DNA from: Antedon mediterranea
Taxonomy: Eukaryota; Animalia; Echinodermata
NCBI RefSeq assembly: GCF_964355755.1
Contig: NC_092677.1
Coordinates: 8,826,101 to 8,890,100 of the forward strand
DNA length: 64,000 nt
Direction: 5' to 3'
Shown here in pieces: positions 36,307 to 50,400 of the stretch. Position numbers and translations under genes: made by a program. How positions within the stretch are numbered: position 1 is the stretch's first letter; each line of letters begins with the position of its first letter. The notes beneath the pieces are model-generated. The model was not told where the DNA came from, searched no databases, and saw nothing but the letters and a program-made list of their open reading frames with translations.

Positions 36307-39300
36307 TTACTTTCCTCTTTGAAGAACGCGTAGTCTGGAATCAATTTCATCCCAATCTAAATAACCGGACTCGATGTGACGAGCTTTATCTTCTGAAACT
36401 ACGAAATCATCACGTCCATGTAGAAGACGAATGTTGCTGACTGTAAAGATTTCGCCTACAAAATAGATAAGTAATCAATAGGTAAGGTAGATATTATTCA
36501 GGTCGGTCTGTCTGTTTACTGGACACATAAGAGTACATTATTGTTTAATAGTGCCCTGGTAAACTAATATATTGACTAGTACATTATGAGGTAAATTCTA
36601 ACCTTCAAGAAGCCTGCGTTTGTACATGTTTTCAGGGTCATATAGAATGTCAGAGAAAATCTTGAGGGCCCGGTAGAACTCTGCTACTTCTTCCACGGAA
36701 GATGCACTAACGTTGCTGGTTCTGAGATGCTCATGGTAGCTGATGCAAACTGGGTCACCTTCCTCATTCAAACTGAACAAATAAAATTACTAAAAATGTA
36801 CAACTTACATTTATAAATGCAATTTCAATATTACAAGAATAAAGTCGTAAATTAAATTAATGCTGTAAAGCCATGTCTACACTGTCAAACTAGTTTGACA
36901 AAAAGTGTCATGTGCCCAAATATGGCAGTGATATACCCAAATATGGTAGTGATATGACATCATCATGTCCATGGGCATATCAAATTTTTTTGTCACAATG
37001 TTTGATAGTGTAGACATATATAAAGTTGAAATGCATCAAGACCAGTGATTTGACTCATTCTATGCATGGAGAAATTCTTCCATTTCTATGTAGTCTTCTA
37101 GTTAATAAGGCTTGTCTTATAAACGAGAGATCACAGGTTCAAATCCAGGCAGATGACATTTTATCAAACATATTAATTGTATTCAACTTATTATGATAGA
37201 AATAAAAGATCAAGGTTCTCAATGTGTAAACCTTTATTATTAAGCTCTGTCTACACTATCAAACTTTATATTTAAAATGATGTCATATTACTACCAAATT
37301 TGGGCACATCTCATTCTTGTTTTCAAAGTTTGATAGTGTAGACAAAGCTTTGGTCTATATTAGTTTGATGAATATATATTTATAAATATTAATGTTGATA
37401 AAATAAAGAACCAAGGAAGACTATGGCAGCATGCTTACCTTATTGTTGGTTTGCTCATACGATGTTCAAAATATGAGCCATGTTCAATGCCAGTTATTCC
37501 ATGTTCCATTTTGACCTTTGTCAGTATGTCGTACGCCTGTGGGTCCTTCTCTTTGAGGACTTTGGCAGCGTAAAAGCCATCTACTAGCCAGTTTTCTCCT
37601 CCAGTGCAAGCGGGCAGAGACAAACAGTGCAAGAGAACAACCTAAAGTATGTATTGAAAAATGGGTTTGATAAAATAGGAAATTGGTTGATATTATTGTC
37701 TACCCTTTAAATGTCTGTCTACACTATCAAACTAGTTTGACAAAAGTGTGATGTGCCCAAACATGGTAGTAATACCGTATTCCCAAACATGGTAGTGATA
37801 TGTCCATATATGGACATATCCATAAAATTTGATAGTGTAGACAAGGCTTAAGACTTACAGATTTGGAAAAGAATTTTTGTTAAATAAAAATTTTAAATAT
37901 TGATTGATTGATAAATGATAGATATTACCATCATAAGTTTGTATAACAAACATGACAAAGCAACTATGTAGGGTCATGTTCCTAGTCTGCCTTGATTTGA
38001 TATTTGGGAGCCTTTCTACTTGCGACAATGTAGGTTTACATAATTTACATGTTAATTCATTGTGTGTATTGGGATTGCTTTCTCACTTGATCCCTTGACA
38101 CTGTTTTAGCTACAAACAATGACACATTATGGGCAGGTCGTAGGTCGTCGAAAACTCAATGTTTGATATTAAAGAGAAATCACTGTACCCCTGGAGTGAG
38201 AGACATGTACATCATATCAGAATGCAGTAGGATTTTCTTGGGAGTGTAAGCAAGAACGTAAGAATTTGGTTTTGACTTGATAGATGAGATCAAACTGAAA
38301 GAAAATACAATTTGAATATGTGTGGAAGAAGTTTAAATGTTTTATAAATTAAAAAATAAAGTATTAGTAATCAAAAACTTGTCAATCATGATTAATGTGC
38401 AGTATGTATCAGAAAGATGTGTCATGAACTTTGGAATCATATCATGAGGATAATTTATTTGTTTTGTTTAAATTGATTGCATGTTCCAACAATATCATTA
38501 AAAATATATCTATATTGTAAAACCAATATTGGTAAATGATTGGTCGATGTACACAATATTGCTAAATGAACATTTATATGAATGCAAGTCTATGTAGGCC
38601 TAGGCTTACTCCTGCTCCAGGGAAATATTATAAACAAAATATTTTTCCTAATGTTAAGGAATAAAATAAGGGGAAAAAATAACTACACACATTAATAGGC
38701 CTACATACATATATATACACATTGATAAATAATGCTGATTGATAACTGTAGATTTTTACCCTGTACTATATTTCTTACCCCCACATTGCTTCTCGTAAAA
38801 ACGACACTCTTTTTCCAAGTTTAATCAGCTCTAATTCTTTAGTAGGGGCATTCTGCAGCATAGCAATTCCATACATTTTCAACGCTTCTAGCCATGCTTT
38901 AAGAGCATCATTATCTTGAAGGACATCAGCGTAGTCAAACATTGGAAAGGCTTTTTCGATGTCATGGGCGTTCCATAGAACAGGCTGATATCCATCAAGC
39001 GGCTTTTTTCTACAAAGTTGCCGATCGAAAAGCCAGGACGCGTCAAGCGGACTAGAGTGACCATCAGTGCCAATGACATGAACAGACTGTCCACTTTCAT
39101 CCACAGTAGTTGCCGACGCTTTATCATTTAGGTTCTGTTCATTGAGAGGAACAAGTCGTTCTGAAATATCTTCATTAATGTTGAAACATTTTGTGCACGG
39201 ACAATTATCTCGGATCCATGCATACGGATACAAGGCGTTTTCACCGTTATCCCATGTCACATGTACGAACTCACCATCCTCAGATACACTACTGCTGGCA

Positions 39301-39572
39301 ATATTTACTGCATCTGTGACTGGTTTTAGTCGTTGCCAGTCTGTAGGGCTAGCAGAAAACTGACGACCAACACGGCTGAAAATATTCGGTTTGTTCGGGT
39401 TGTGTCTGCTGGATAAGACTTGGATAATTTTAGGCCTAGGCCTAGGCTTTGGGTGAATAATGCTACTATATGCTCGACTGATATGGTTATTTGCTAAACA
39501 AGAAATACCTAAGCTTCTAATGAAGGAAAATCGCAGAAGATTCTTGCTACAAAGCATGATGTTTTTCCACAT
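36307..39572 (-). CDS. Gamma-butyrobetaine dioxygenase-like Fe(II)/2-oxoglutarate oxygenase (BBOX1/TMLHE family), 5 exons
   Basis: Exons 39572-38779, 38294-38189, 37641-37439, 36772-36603 and 36455-36307. Motifs: Zn site WIRDNCPCTKC...DGH, then LAYT...LHSD...PGVVLLHC, GGENWLVDGF, NIRLLHGR and RHIESGYLDWD. Confidence 0.92.
36869..37850. mobile_element. Three PIF/Harbinger-like MITE copies (~36869-37016, 37243-37349, 37710-37848) in BBOX-like introns
   Basis: Each has TGTCTACACT.TCAAACT...TTTGATAGTGTAGACA ends and internal GTGCCCAAA.ATGGTAGT motifs, with TAA/TTA at several ends. Confidence 0.75.
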
Positions 39573-39728
39573 AAAAAGTAGCGTAAATTAGCCGACGAAT
39601 GTGAAAAATACTCTGTTTGCTGTTTGAGGTGGTGATATTCAGAGGTCATTCTGACTTCTGTACATCTCTACGGAGCGCCATTTATGCCTTTTATTTACTT
39701 CAGAAATAGAAATAGTACTACGGTAACT

Positions 39729-40465
39729 GGTCCAGTGGATCAAAATTGGCACCGGTGGAGCACAGTGATAGAATAGAAATAAGTCACTAAATTTAAATAT
39801 ATTTTCGTATGTTAATACACTGAGCTAAATGAACCCAATTTGGCACCAGTGGAGCACAGTGATATCAAATAATAAGTTATTGAACTTTAATATCTTTTCG
39901 TGTGTACTGTGCTCAAGTGGACCCAATTTGGTGCCAGTAGTGGAGCTCAGTGATATAAAATAGAAATAAGTCACTGAACTTTAATATATTTTTGTATGTT
40001 TTATACACTGTGCTCAAGTGGACCCAATTTTGCGCCAGTGGAGCACATATAACATGGAAATAAAGTCACAAATTTGTATTATTTCATTCGTATGTTAATA
40101 CACTACGCTCAAGTGGACCCAATTTCGTGCTAATGGAGCACAGTGATATAAAATATATTAAGTCACCTGCATTTTGATATTTTTTTTGTATGTTAATACA
40201 CTGTGCTCAAGTGAACCCAATTTGGTGCTAGTGGAACACAGTGATATAAAATTAAAATAAATCACTGCATTTTAATATGTTTTCGTATGTTAATACACTG
40301 TGCTCAAGTGGACCTACTAATATTTGGCACCAGTGGAGCACAGTGATATGAAATAGAAATAAGTCACTGAATTTTAATATATTTGTTATGTTAATACACT
40401 GTGCTCAATTGAACCCAATTTTCCACCAGGGGAGCACAGTAGTATATAGAAATAAAGTCACTAAG
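39729..40465. repeat. Tandem array of about eight ~95-bp units, each a ~45-bp imperfect palindrome plus an AT-rich linker
   Basis: Consensus CACTGTGCTCAAGTGGACCCAATTTGGCACCAGTGGAGCACAGTG followed by ATATAAAATAGAAATAAGTCACTGAA.TTTAATAT.TTTTCGTATGTTAATA. Confidence 0.9.
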
Positions 40466-41230
40466 TTTTAATAAATTTAAGAAACAACCAAATGCTTTGT
40501 TGATATATAATTTGGAGTCCTGAGGACGATCAAAGCATATTGATCGGTGGAATAGACTGGTCGGTGGAATAGAGTTAAAGGTATACGACCAAATGTGTTT
40601 GGGGTTCACAGAATTATACGTCCCCCCTTTCCACGACACATCAGGAGACGAAAAAAAATCTCTGCAACTTGAAGGTTATCTTCATAGCTCAAGTTATCAA
40701 TTTGTCAACACTCCCACCGATTCTTGAAATTATTGATCTTCCTACTTATTACTTCCCTACTCTCCCTTTACTCATGATCAGAAGTAGGGAATTGTGTAAA
40801 ATTAAAACTGGTGATCTTCCTCCACGTATCGTGCGTGCATTTGCCTGTGAACATACTAAGCACTTGCCCATATTTATATTATTATTTAACTTTATTTCCA
40901 AAAATTGTAATGTAAACACGCACTTGCAAATTCTGATTAAGTTCTTACATGTATGCTATCTACATCAAAAAAAAATTAATAATGAAAACATAATGAATCA
41001 AAATAACAAAAGCCACTTATTTCTGTTGCTGGCAATCTCACGATGAGTGTCATTAACATTACCCAACATTAAATGTGTACTTAACAGATTAGTTTAATTG
41101 ATTTTTTCAAATACGGCCTTTTATTGAATAATTAAAATTCACAATTACTAAATAATCAACAATGAAAAACAAACAAAAACCTCAATGCACTACAACACAC
41201 ATGTCTGTGTTGGATTTAGATTGTCTGTTA

Positions 41231-41427
41231 AGATATATTGTCCCCCTGAAAATGTTTGAAATCGTTGAATATGTCATTTTAATGTCACATAATAGTTTGA
41301 AAAAAAAATGGATCGAAAAGTGAAAACATTTTTGTTTTGTTTCTACGGCCGGAAATGATTAACTTTATTAAAACACGAAATGGCATATTCTTCATTTTGT
41401 TCATGTTTTTTGGAGGAAAATACATCT
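41231..41427 (-). mobile_element. Internally deleted Kolobok-like MITE
   Basis: Ends AGATATATTGTCCCCC ... GGAGGAAAATACATCT + TTAA. The interior is a deleted reverse complement of 21882-22185. Confidence 0.6.
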
Positions 41428-44400
41428 TTAATAAATAAAAAGTTATTTACATATCGGTACGTGTGCCTATTTACTTCGCATTCAAAATTCAGTGAACGCA
41501 GTGGCGCATAATTCGCACGCCCCAACCCCCGTCCTCCACCTCCCAAATAGTCTGATTTTTATCTGACAAAAATATAATCAAATTTCTTTCAACATAATTA
41601 TAAATGTATACTATTTTAATTTCATAGGAATTGATATTGTAGCCCTAACAATTTAAAAAAAACAAATTTCTAACGCAAATATATACCTTCACTACTTCCA
41701 CGGAATTTAACCTATCTCAACATTATTTAGTTTAGCCACGCCAATACTCGTCCCTTGAAAAAAATCACGTGATTTTCTTCCAGAAAATAACCAATAAGAA
41801 CGTCGTATGTTTTTCAGATTCCCTAAGAAATCTCTTAGAATCCGAGTGGCCGATAAATGATAGTTGTAGCCGAGGGACAATATTCGTAGCTTAAATTTTG
41901 AAGAATTAGTAACAATAAAATCGATTCACAGGTAAGAAGGGTATTTAACATACTTTCATAAATTCAATCAAAACAGAATAACCTCTTATAACCTCTATAT
42001 AACATATTTCTCTCACGTTTGTACGTAAGAAAGTTAGTTAATTCAATTAATGTTAAAGCATCCATAGCCATATTATTAAAATATGCAACTCATACTCTGT
42101 ACCCATGAATTATGCTGCGTTCATTTAATCATTAGTCCTCATTATTGACATACTCAGTTAATAAATGTATCCATCATGTCTAAAATTGTCTTTGCATTTA
42201 AGATACACTTGTCAGCATCTTCTCTATCGTATATGGCATGCGGTATCTGATTGCTATACCGACGTGGATAACGAGTGGCATTCTGATCTTTGCCGTAGGT
42301 ACATAGCTCATTTACATAGTTACGCAGATCAGGTGGACACCCTGGTATACACTCAACGTTGATTGCCAGCCGGGTGAGATCATGTGTTATAAAGCTTTTT
42401 CCAGTATGTGATAATATAGCAGCTTTTAACGACTTCTCTGCTGCTTGCATACATTTATAGGCAACCCATTCATAACTTGGATTACGCCTGTTAATATCAT
42501 TATTGGCTGCTTCGAAGTCATAACGAGCTTGCTTTTGCCACAGTTTAGCTTGGCCCGGCGATGGTGTATATGCAAAATTACGATAATTCGTCTCACCACT
42601 AAATCCAAATCCTGTTGAATTATAACTTCGATTTCTTCTGTCTCTTCCAGCTCTTTGGTTCCAAGTCCTAAAATGTTCCTCCCATTTTCCAGAATTACTT
42701 TGATAGTAATTTCTCTCAGCCGACACTTTGCGTCTAGGAAGCCCTTTTTCTAAACGATCTATTTCATTTTTTAAATGCTTAAAAACTTCAGTGCAAAAGT
42801 CTTCATTACCTGGATTTTTATCCGGATGCCATTTCAAGTATAATCGTTTGATTGCTTTTTTTCTTTCAGTATCTTCTAGTGTCCAAATCTCTTCAAGTTT
42901 GTCTGACAATTTATTTTTAGCATCGTCAAGATTTTCACAGACTGGTGGGGATAACGATGCTTTAGGGTCTTCATTGTCATGTGGAGGAGCTACGTAAGGC
43001 TGCAAGTCCAAATATGTGTGACATGTTTCTTTACGCGATCGCCATTTGTATAGACTAAGTGTGCCCACAGTACTTTGTGTCCCATAGTCAATAATATACA
43101 TTCTTTTGAGCGAGCTTCCTGAAGTATTACTTTTTTTTTTCTGTAATATTTTTGCATACACAAATTCTTCTTGATCTGTTTCATATACAACGTACTCCCC
43201 AACAGTAAAATCATTGAATGGATCATTATCTAATGACTCAACTACATCATCTGGTACACGGGATCCCAGCTTTGGCGGCGCCATTCTATCGGACCTAATA
43301 GCGTCTAATGCCGGAATGTTTATTTCACTTAGCAACTTCTGTATTTTGTTTAGATCATTAACTATCATCTTTAACACTGTCTTGAAGTCCAACACTCCTG
43401 TAAGGTCACAAATAAACTCTGACAGTTTTATGTTTAGATTAGTAGTAACACCTAAACTATCTCCATCATCATGATGCCTCATAAAAATGGTCACAGATTG
43501 TTCTCTTTCTAGGAAGCATTCTGATTCAGAAGTGCTTCCTTCAATTACTTCACCAAATTCCTCAAGATGGGTTTCCAAGTTGTTGATACATTTAATGGTA
43601 AGCTGATCTCGAGATAATCTTGAGAAGATGTCGGAAAGGTAAGTTTCTGACAGTTCAACATTCTTTTGATTAGCCTCATGCTTTAAAATACGACATATAC
43701 CTTGACGAAATTCTATGGATTGGAGTTGACGTTTAATGAAATGTAGCTGATCCCAAAGCGCCTCCTTGGCATAACGACATTCACTTTGATTTGAACTCAT
43801 AGTTTCTGTCACATGTTCACTGAATTTACAAGGTTTTATTTCTGCCGGCATGTTTTCAATATACACAGTTGCAGGACTCTTCAAACCGGCATCAGATAAA
43901 TCGAAAAGAATTTTTTCGACATTTTTCACCTTCATTCTATCCTCAAACAATGGTTTGTCGTAGTACTTCATATTGCTCGACTCGACAAGTTGGTACGCTC
44001 GATTTGGAAGATACAGTTTCGTTACATCTTGCAACCAGTTTTTATCCTCATAATTTTCGAAGACTTTTTTAACAGCAAATTTTATCATGGAGACCAAATT
44101 TGGATCTTTATCAAACGATTGTTCGTTTATATCATCGTGAACCATTGTCATAAGTTCACAGCATTGCCAAATAGAAGGTTCATCCTGAGCACCAAGGTGG
44201 CTAAATAGGTCCATATATGGGACAAATGCGTTGGGTATTGCACAGATGTATGGTGTAAGTTTTAGACCTGGTTTCATATGTTTAACAGTATACTTAGGCG
44301 GGATGAGTAATGTATCGTCGCAGGCTAACAGCATGGGCACGTCTTTTAGTTCTTTCACAATACCATCAGCATTCACATTACCGTCTTTACATTGCTTAGA

Positions 44401-47400
44401 AAAATGTTGATAGATTGATTGCATCACATCATGTAACATTGTTTGGCATTCAGAAGATGTTGCTCCTGTTCCTGTTCTTTTTGAATGGTTATAATATTTT
44501 TCTTTCAGATGGCAGCATAGATTTTTAGTATGCTGTTGAACAATTTTGAGTGATGGAGCTTCAGAAACATTTAGGTGTTTTAAAATGTCCATAAATGCTT
44601 TAGCCGGCTTACTAAATGACACATTGAAAGGAACAGCATAGTCAGGTAAAATATTTGCACTTGTCCAGACAAGGTGTGTATTAGACTTAGTCAATGCGCC
44701 GTTGTATGCTATACTTCTTGTATCAGTACATCCTGTACAAAACTGTTTGTGGAGTTCCACCAAGTTCTTATCCAAGGTACTTGGCACTAAAAATGCAATG
44801 TCACTTAATTTTCCTAAGAAAAATACATCACTCTTCCATTCTTCACTATTGTTAATGTACTTCACAAGGTCTTTAGATTGCTGTAGACCTACATTTGCCT
44901 CAACACCAATAGTTACTTCAATTTGCTTTGCAAATTCCAAAACCATGTCTTCTTTAGGTTGTGTTTGTAACCCTAGATCTATCATCAATTCTCTCCATTT
45001 GCTCTTATCGAACGGATTTGGCAAGAACATGTCGGGTTGTAGCATATGTTGGAATATTATGTCTGAGTCATCAAAATAATCGCATATACGTTTTAACGGT
45101 TTGTCGTTGTGAGCTATTAGAGGTACGTTCTTCAAATCCATGTCATATATCATGTATGACCTACGTGGGTTGTTGTACAGGAGTATACATCGTATTCGCT
45201 CCATGTGTTGAATTCTTGCTTCATCAGTAAAGTGTTTGAATGATGGAAGAATGAACTTCTTGTAGACACTGGATTCCGTACATTCTGTTAAACCAACAAG
45301 TGTGTGTAGTTGTTTCAATGACCCATCATCTTTAATGAACTCTGCCTTTGATTCAGCTAACCATTTTTCTTTTTCAATCTTCGGAATTCCAGGATGAAGA
45401 ACAAAGTGCTGTTTGCTGTGATGTAAGGCAATGAATTCTTCGTGAATGGAAAGGTAGCAGGGCAACTTTTTCAAATCACCAATATGCTGTTCCTTTATCA
45501 TCTGTGATCTAACAAACCGTCCAAAAAACCACAAAATATTTCGTCTGTCTTCATCAGCTAATGAATCAAATGCTCTTTCATTTGCTTCTAACAAACGAAC
45601 CAAACTTTTCAGTATTCTTTCGGGAGTGCTTTCAGTGGTAATAAATCGTTCGATAAAGTCAATAGTTGACCTATCAAGGGTACCAAAAGGAGTCCTATCA
45701 TTTCTCAAAAACATTAACTCATCTAAAACTGGCAGTTCCATCTTAGCCAGAGCATCCTTAATTGTACCTCCAGTTACCTTGTTAGAGATTACCGTGTCAG
45801 CTTCTGAAAACGGCATTAAATAATGATTCACTTTTCCTTTCAATGTAACTAGGACAGGAACCACACACCAATTACCTATCTGTTGTCTAATCTGAGTACA
45901 TTTCTCATTATAATCAGGCAAACGAGAATATAAATAATAATTTTTAAATTCTTCATTCAAAAAGTCCCAAAATTCTTGAATCCAAGTTTCGTTTGGCGCT
46001 TCTTCACTCTGAGAATCCCAAATTACTTTAGAATTTGCCCTGTGTATGCCTAAATTAGAATTTAGCCTTTCTACAAGATCGTTAATGGTGAATTTGTTGA
46101 TTTCAGGTGACTTTGCTGAGAAATGGCGTTGAGCGCGACTGTGTACAAACTCTTTCCAGCATTTTGGAAGTAACTTGTACCTTCTTGATAGAAATGATTT
46201 ACCTGTTGTACTAAACCTATGTAACTGTAAGTCTTGCGTTAGCAACATTGGCATGTCATTTAATGGAGTATTATTTCGTAATTTACCGTACAAATCAATA
46301 TACTCGAGCAGTTTAAAGTAATTTTCTTCACCATTAATACTTGTGTTAGTAATGTTACATGGTAATTTACCTGGATTGAATTCAGTTTTGAGAAAATTCA
46401 CTACAGAATTCGGAGAAACTTTCTCGACTGAGTATATTTGACGTACACCAGCCTCATTGGGTGACGTTGCTCTAATTAGGCCATTGTAGACATTATCGGG
46501 GACAATTGTTACTTTGAAACCGATCTGTTGCAGAATTGGTATTGGAACTGCCTTTGTCTTTGTCTTAATTTTGTCTTCTGTATAAAAGTATGCCTTTTCC
46601 CCAATGGATCCAGAAGCGGGAAGCCATTCGAATGAGTAAGTACATCTGTTACCTATAAGCCTACGGCTCATAACTTTATTTAGACGTCTGGTCACCGGAC
46701 ACACTGACATATTATTTTGAAGAACATTGATAAACACTTGTGTAGCCAATTGTGTCCACTCTGAATGCACTTTATTTATATCTGGAAAGTAATGCCAATA
46801 TAATGCCATCTTCTTGTCCAACTCCTCAGAAGAGCAGGTCATTTGAGATGTACTCTCATTGACCGATTCAAAGATTCTGTCTCTCAATTGCATTAACATT
46901 TCAGAGTAAGACTGAGCAATAACCTGTCTTTTAACATACTCATTCCAGGAATCATTTTGCGAAATATTTGATAAATTTCGTCTAGTTGAATCAAGACTGA
47001 AATGGCCATTAATACTAACAGGCAGATTCACATCTATAGGAAGAGGTAGGAAGCAATACGTACGTTGAGTACATGTTTTTGATAAGCATGCTGCCACGCC
47101 ACCTCGTGGTAATAGTTTCAAATTTCCTTCCTCGTATGCGGAAGATAATACATCCGGAATCTCGTCAGTCGATCCTATACGTTGATTAATTAACCATACT
47201 TGTTTTTCACCAAATATGTCTGAAATTTTCATTTCATATGTAACCTCTTTCATGACGAGTCCTTTTATGCTAGATTTCTTAGCACAATCCTTTACATAGT
47301 GGTGGAACTCCTCTCGTGTTTTCCTATCTTCTGGTGATAACTCAGCACTCACCCAATAATCGGTTTTCATTTTGTTGTATTTATCAATATGTGAAATTGT

Positions 47401-50400
47401 AATCTTTGTTAGATTATTTAAATACAATAACATATGAAACGCGTTTGATTCCAACGTTTTAAGCAATTCCTGTATTTTGCTCCCATCAAATAGCTCCTTG
47501 CTCATTTGTGCCTGCATATTCCAAGAAGTGTGATTCTTCATTCTTGTAGTACGCAGAGGAAACCGAAATAAAGTACACCCATGATTTTTCAGTGAGTCCA
47601 AGCGAAAACAAGCGAGAGCTCCTCGAAATACTTCATTCACTTTTGGTGAAATATTATACTGGAATCCTGGTGAATCTACAGTGGCGTGATCTATGAAAGC
47701 GCAGTGTGGATCAAAAATACAAAGCGTGTTGTTATTACTTAAAAATGAAGGACAATCTGTAAGATGGTACACAGAATTGAACCCTATTCCATATTGACCT
47801 GTCTCATCTGGATGCTCAGATTTTGCACCAGTTCCAAGTTCTTGAATTCCCTTTAAGTCATCTTCTGTGAATGGTTTGTTGTTGAAAACACATAATGCTG
47901 GTCCAAGAGTTTGTTTCCAGGATTCACCGAATACATTTCTATCTGAATGTTGCCGTGGGTCAAATATAAAATTAATTTCGTCTTCTCCGGCGTCATCAGA
48001 ATTCTGTAGCAGCTCTTTGAATATTGATTCATCACAAGGATACCCCTTCAGGATCTCACCGATTCGATTGGTCAGTTTTTGAACTTGCCCAAACGTTGTA
48101 CCATATTTAAGCTTCGATCCATGCTTGGAAAGTACACTTGATCTTATATCTTTTATGCCTATATCCGCTGCCAATTTGTGGGGGATTCGGTCATGACATA
48201 GTATTTCTCCTTCTATAGCATCAGCTGAAGTGTCATGAAGACAAAAACTCAGTTCATCAACTGGCCTCAACTGCCCTTGTTTATCAGGAACTAAAATGCT
48301 GCGTACATCCTCGGGTATATCTTCATGAAGTTTACAATCTGCAATACTTTGAACCATGTCAATGGCCACTTGTAAATCTTCTCCTTCAAGGGCCTCTTCT
48401 TGGTACTTTAATTTAAGATTATAGCTGACATCTAAGAAGGAAGAATAACAGAAATCATCTTCAATACCTAGCAATTTAAAAAGTGGTTTATGCTTTCGAA
48501 GTTCAGTTGGTAGCTTGTAAAGATACGGATGGAATTCTCTTTTGCACTTTAGTGCAACATGCTCAATCTTCATAAATCTTCCAGAACAAAAGACAATCGT
48601 TGAATTCTGTAATGCTGTATGAAGGGCGTCTTCACAATCACGCAGTTTTCCAAGATCTGAATATATATTTGTACACATGCGCAAAACAATCGATTCGCTC
48701 TCTACAAGGTGCTCATTTTTAATATAGGTTAACCGTTTAAGTTGTTCTGTCACGTCATGACAATATAATGTGGTCAATTCGTTTGCTAGATTAAATATCT
48801 GACGTACACGTTCTGCATTTTGGCAACATTTAAAAACCACTTCATCAACGATAGGTTTTACAAAACATACTGAATCTGTGTACGTAGAAGGATAGACCTG
48901 GTGATTGGCACATACAAAATTTTCGCACTCGGTGAACCATGGAAATTCCTTTGGAAAATCTTTGGGTCTTTGTAAAACTGGCAATATCCGTAAACCTGAA
49001 ATTTCTTCTTTAAACTCCTGATCAATTTTCAATCGTTTTTCTTCTAAAAACATCATGAACCATTGTAGTCTCATTATCTTGTGATGCCTATTTTTCTTAC
49101 TCTTTTCAATAACTTGAGCTCTATTTAAAAGTTCTGGGAACTCTATATTATCCTTTATCATTCAAAGTTCAACCATCATTTGCATGCGTGTCTCGTCTTG
49201 AAAGGACTGGATTGGAAAACGATTTTCTTCAGGTTCAAACAGTTTAGCTACTTTGCCACCCGGGTGTATGACGGCAGATATCATTTGCAAATGATTAGTA
49301 TTGCCTGTTGGAATGCACGCTATGGTCGTTAAGAGAGTTTTATACAACGGTCTCTTATAATTGTCAATAACATGCATTGTTAATCTGCTACGAATATCAT
49401 TTTCAATTTCGCTGATGTTAGGAAAAAATATTTCCTCGAAAAATCGCTCTTCAGTGTATGTTATTGTATTCAAATAGTCACCACAACCGGCACTTAGAAA
49501 TCCCTGGACAACTTTATCTGGGATATCTGCAACATATTTTCCATGTGAGATAAATTTCTGAAGAACTGTTTTCACATTATCAGTAACAATGGTATTCTGA
49601 ACATCTGGCTTGTAAATTACAATTGAATCAAAATTTAACCATTTATCATCCTTTGAGAATACGCATGGTTTATCTCCAGAACCATCAATTCCATGCACGA
49701 TAGCCATGTAGAATGCTTTTAACAGAGGAAAACATTCACCTTGCTGAGGAATCTGTGATTCATCTGGCCAAAGGTCATACATTTGGGCAGTTCCAAAGTA
49801 TTTCTGTGCTTCTTCGTGTTGTAATAAGCTCACATAGCTTCTAGTAATGATATCCACAAAAATGGCTTCGTTCCAATCAGATTTTTCGTCCACACCATAT
49901 TGTGCAACTATTCTCCAAAGACTACGCCTATCAGTAGATACCACAAAATTACCATTTATATGGCAAGGTACCCCACATGCTGGTATTGAAAGTGGTAGAA
50001 AGCAGAATATTTCTCCTTGTTTAAGACTACTGTTGACAGGAACTGCTACTCCCCCACAAGGCATTTTAAATCGTGAAGTACTAGTATTGTTTTGTTTCTT
50101 GAATAAATGTAGAGCTTGTGATTGGCCCATTGCAGTAAACACTAACCAATCTCTGAAATCTTTCGAAGTAATATGATGAAACAAATCAGCACCCTCTGGT
50201 GTAAGACAGTGTTCAACACTCACCATTGTTAATGCAGATGGATAGTCACCTATATCAACTTGTTGTGACAGATATTGAGAAGCTTCACGCAATATGCTGT
50301 TCTGAATTTCAAACTTCTTTTCTTCATCTTGATCATCCAGTGAAGCGTTTATCTTTTTCAGGTATTGTTTTGGATATTTTTCGACAGAGAACAGTTTTAC

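Noticed and set aside
37088-37158. tRNA gene (also ~16360-16430 on the minus strand)
   Set aside because: Only B-box-like or A-box-like remnants are present and the cloverleaf stems do not pair. These are more likely decayed SINE heads.
39729-40465. True V(D)J recombination signal sequences or a CRISPR array
   Set aside because: Heptamers are present but there is no ACAAAAACC nonamer at 12/23 spacing. The linkers are homologous to each other and no gene segments lie between them.
40669-41046. 125-aa + strand ORF
   Set aside because: Non-ATG start, AT-rich low-information translation, and no domain or splice support.
49159-49167. Selenocysteine or stop-codon readthrough at the in-frame TGA
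   Set aside because: The homologous residue is Gly, not Cys, the context is not the TGA-CTAG readthrough motif, and no SECIS element was recognised.
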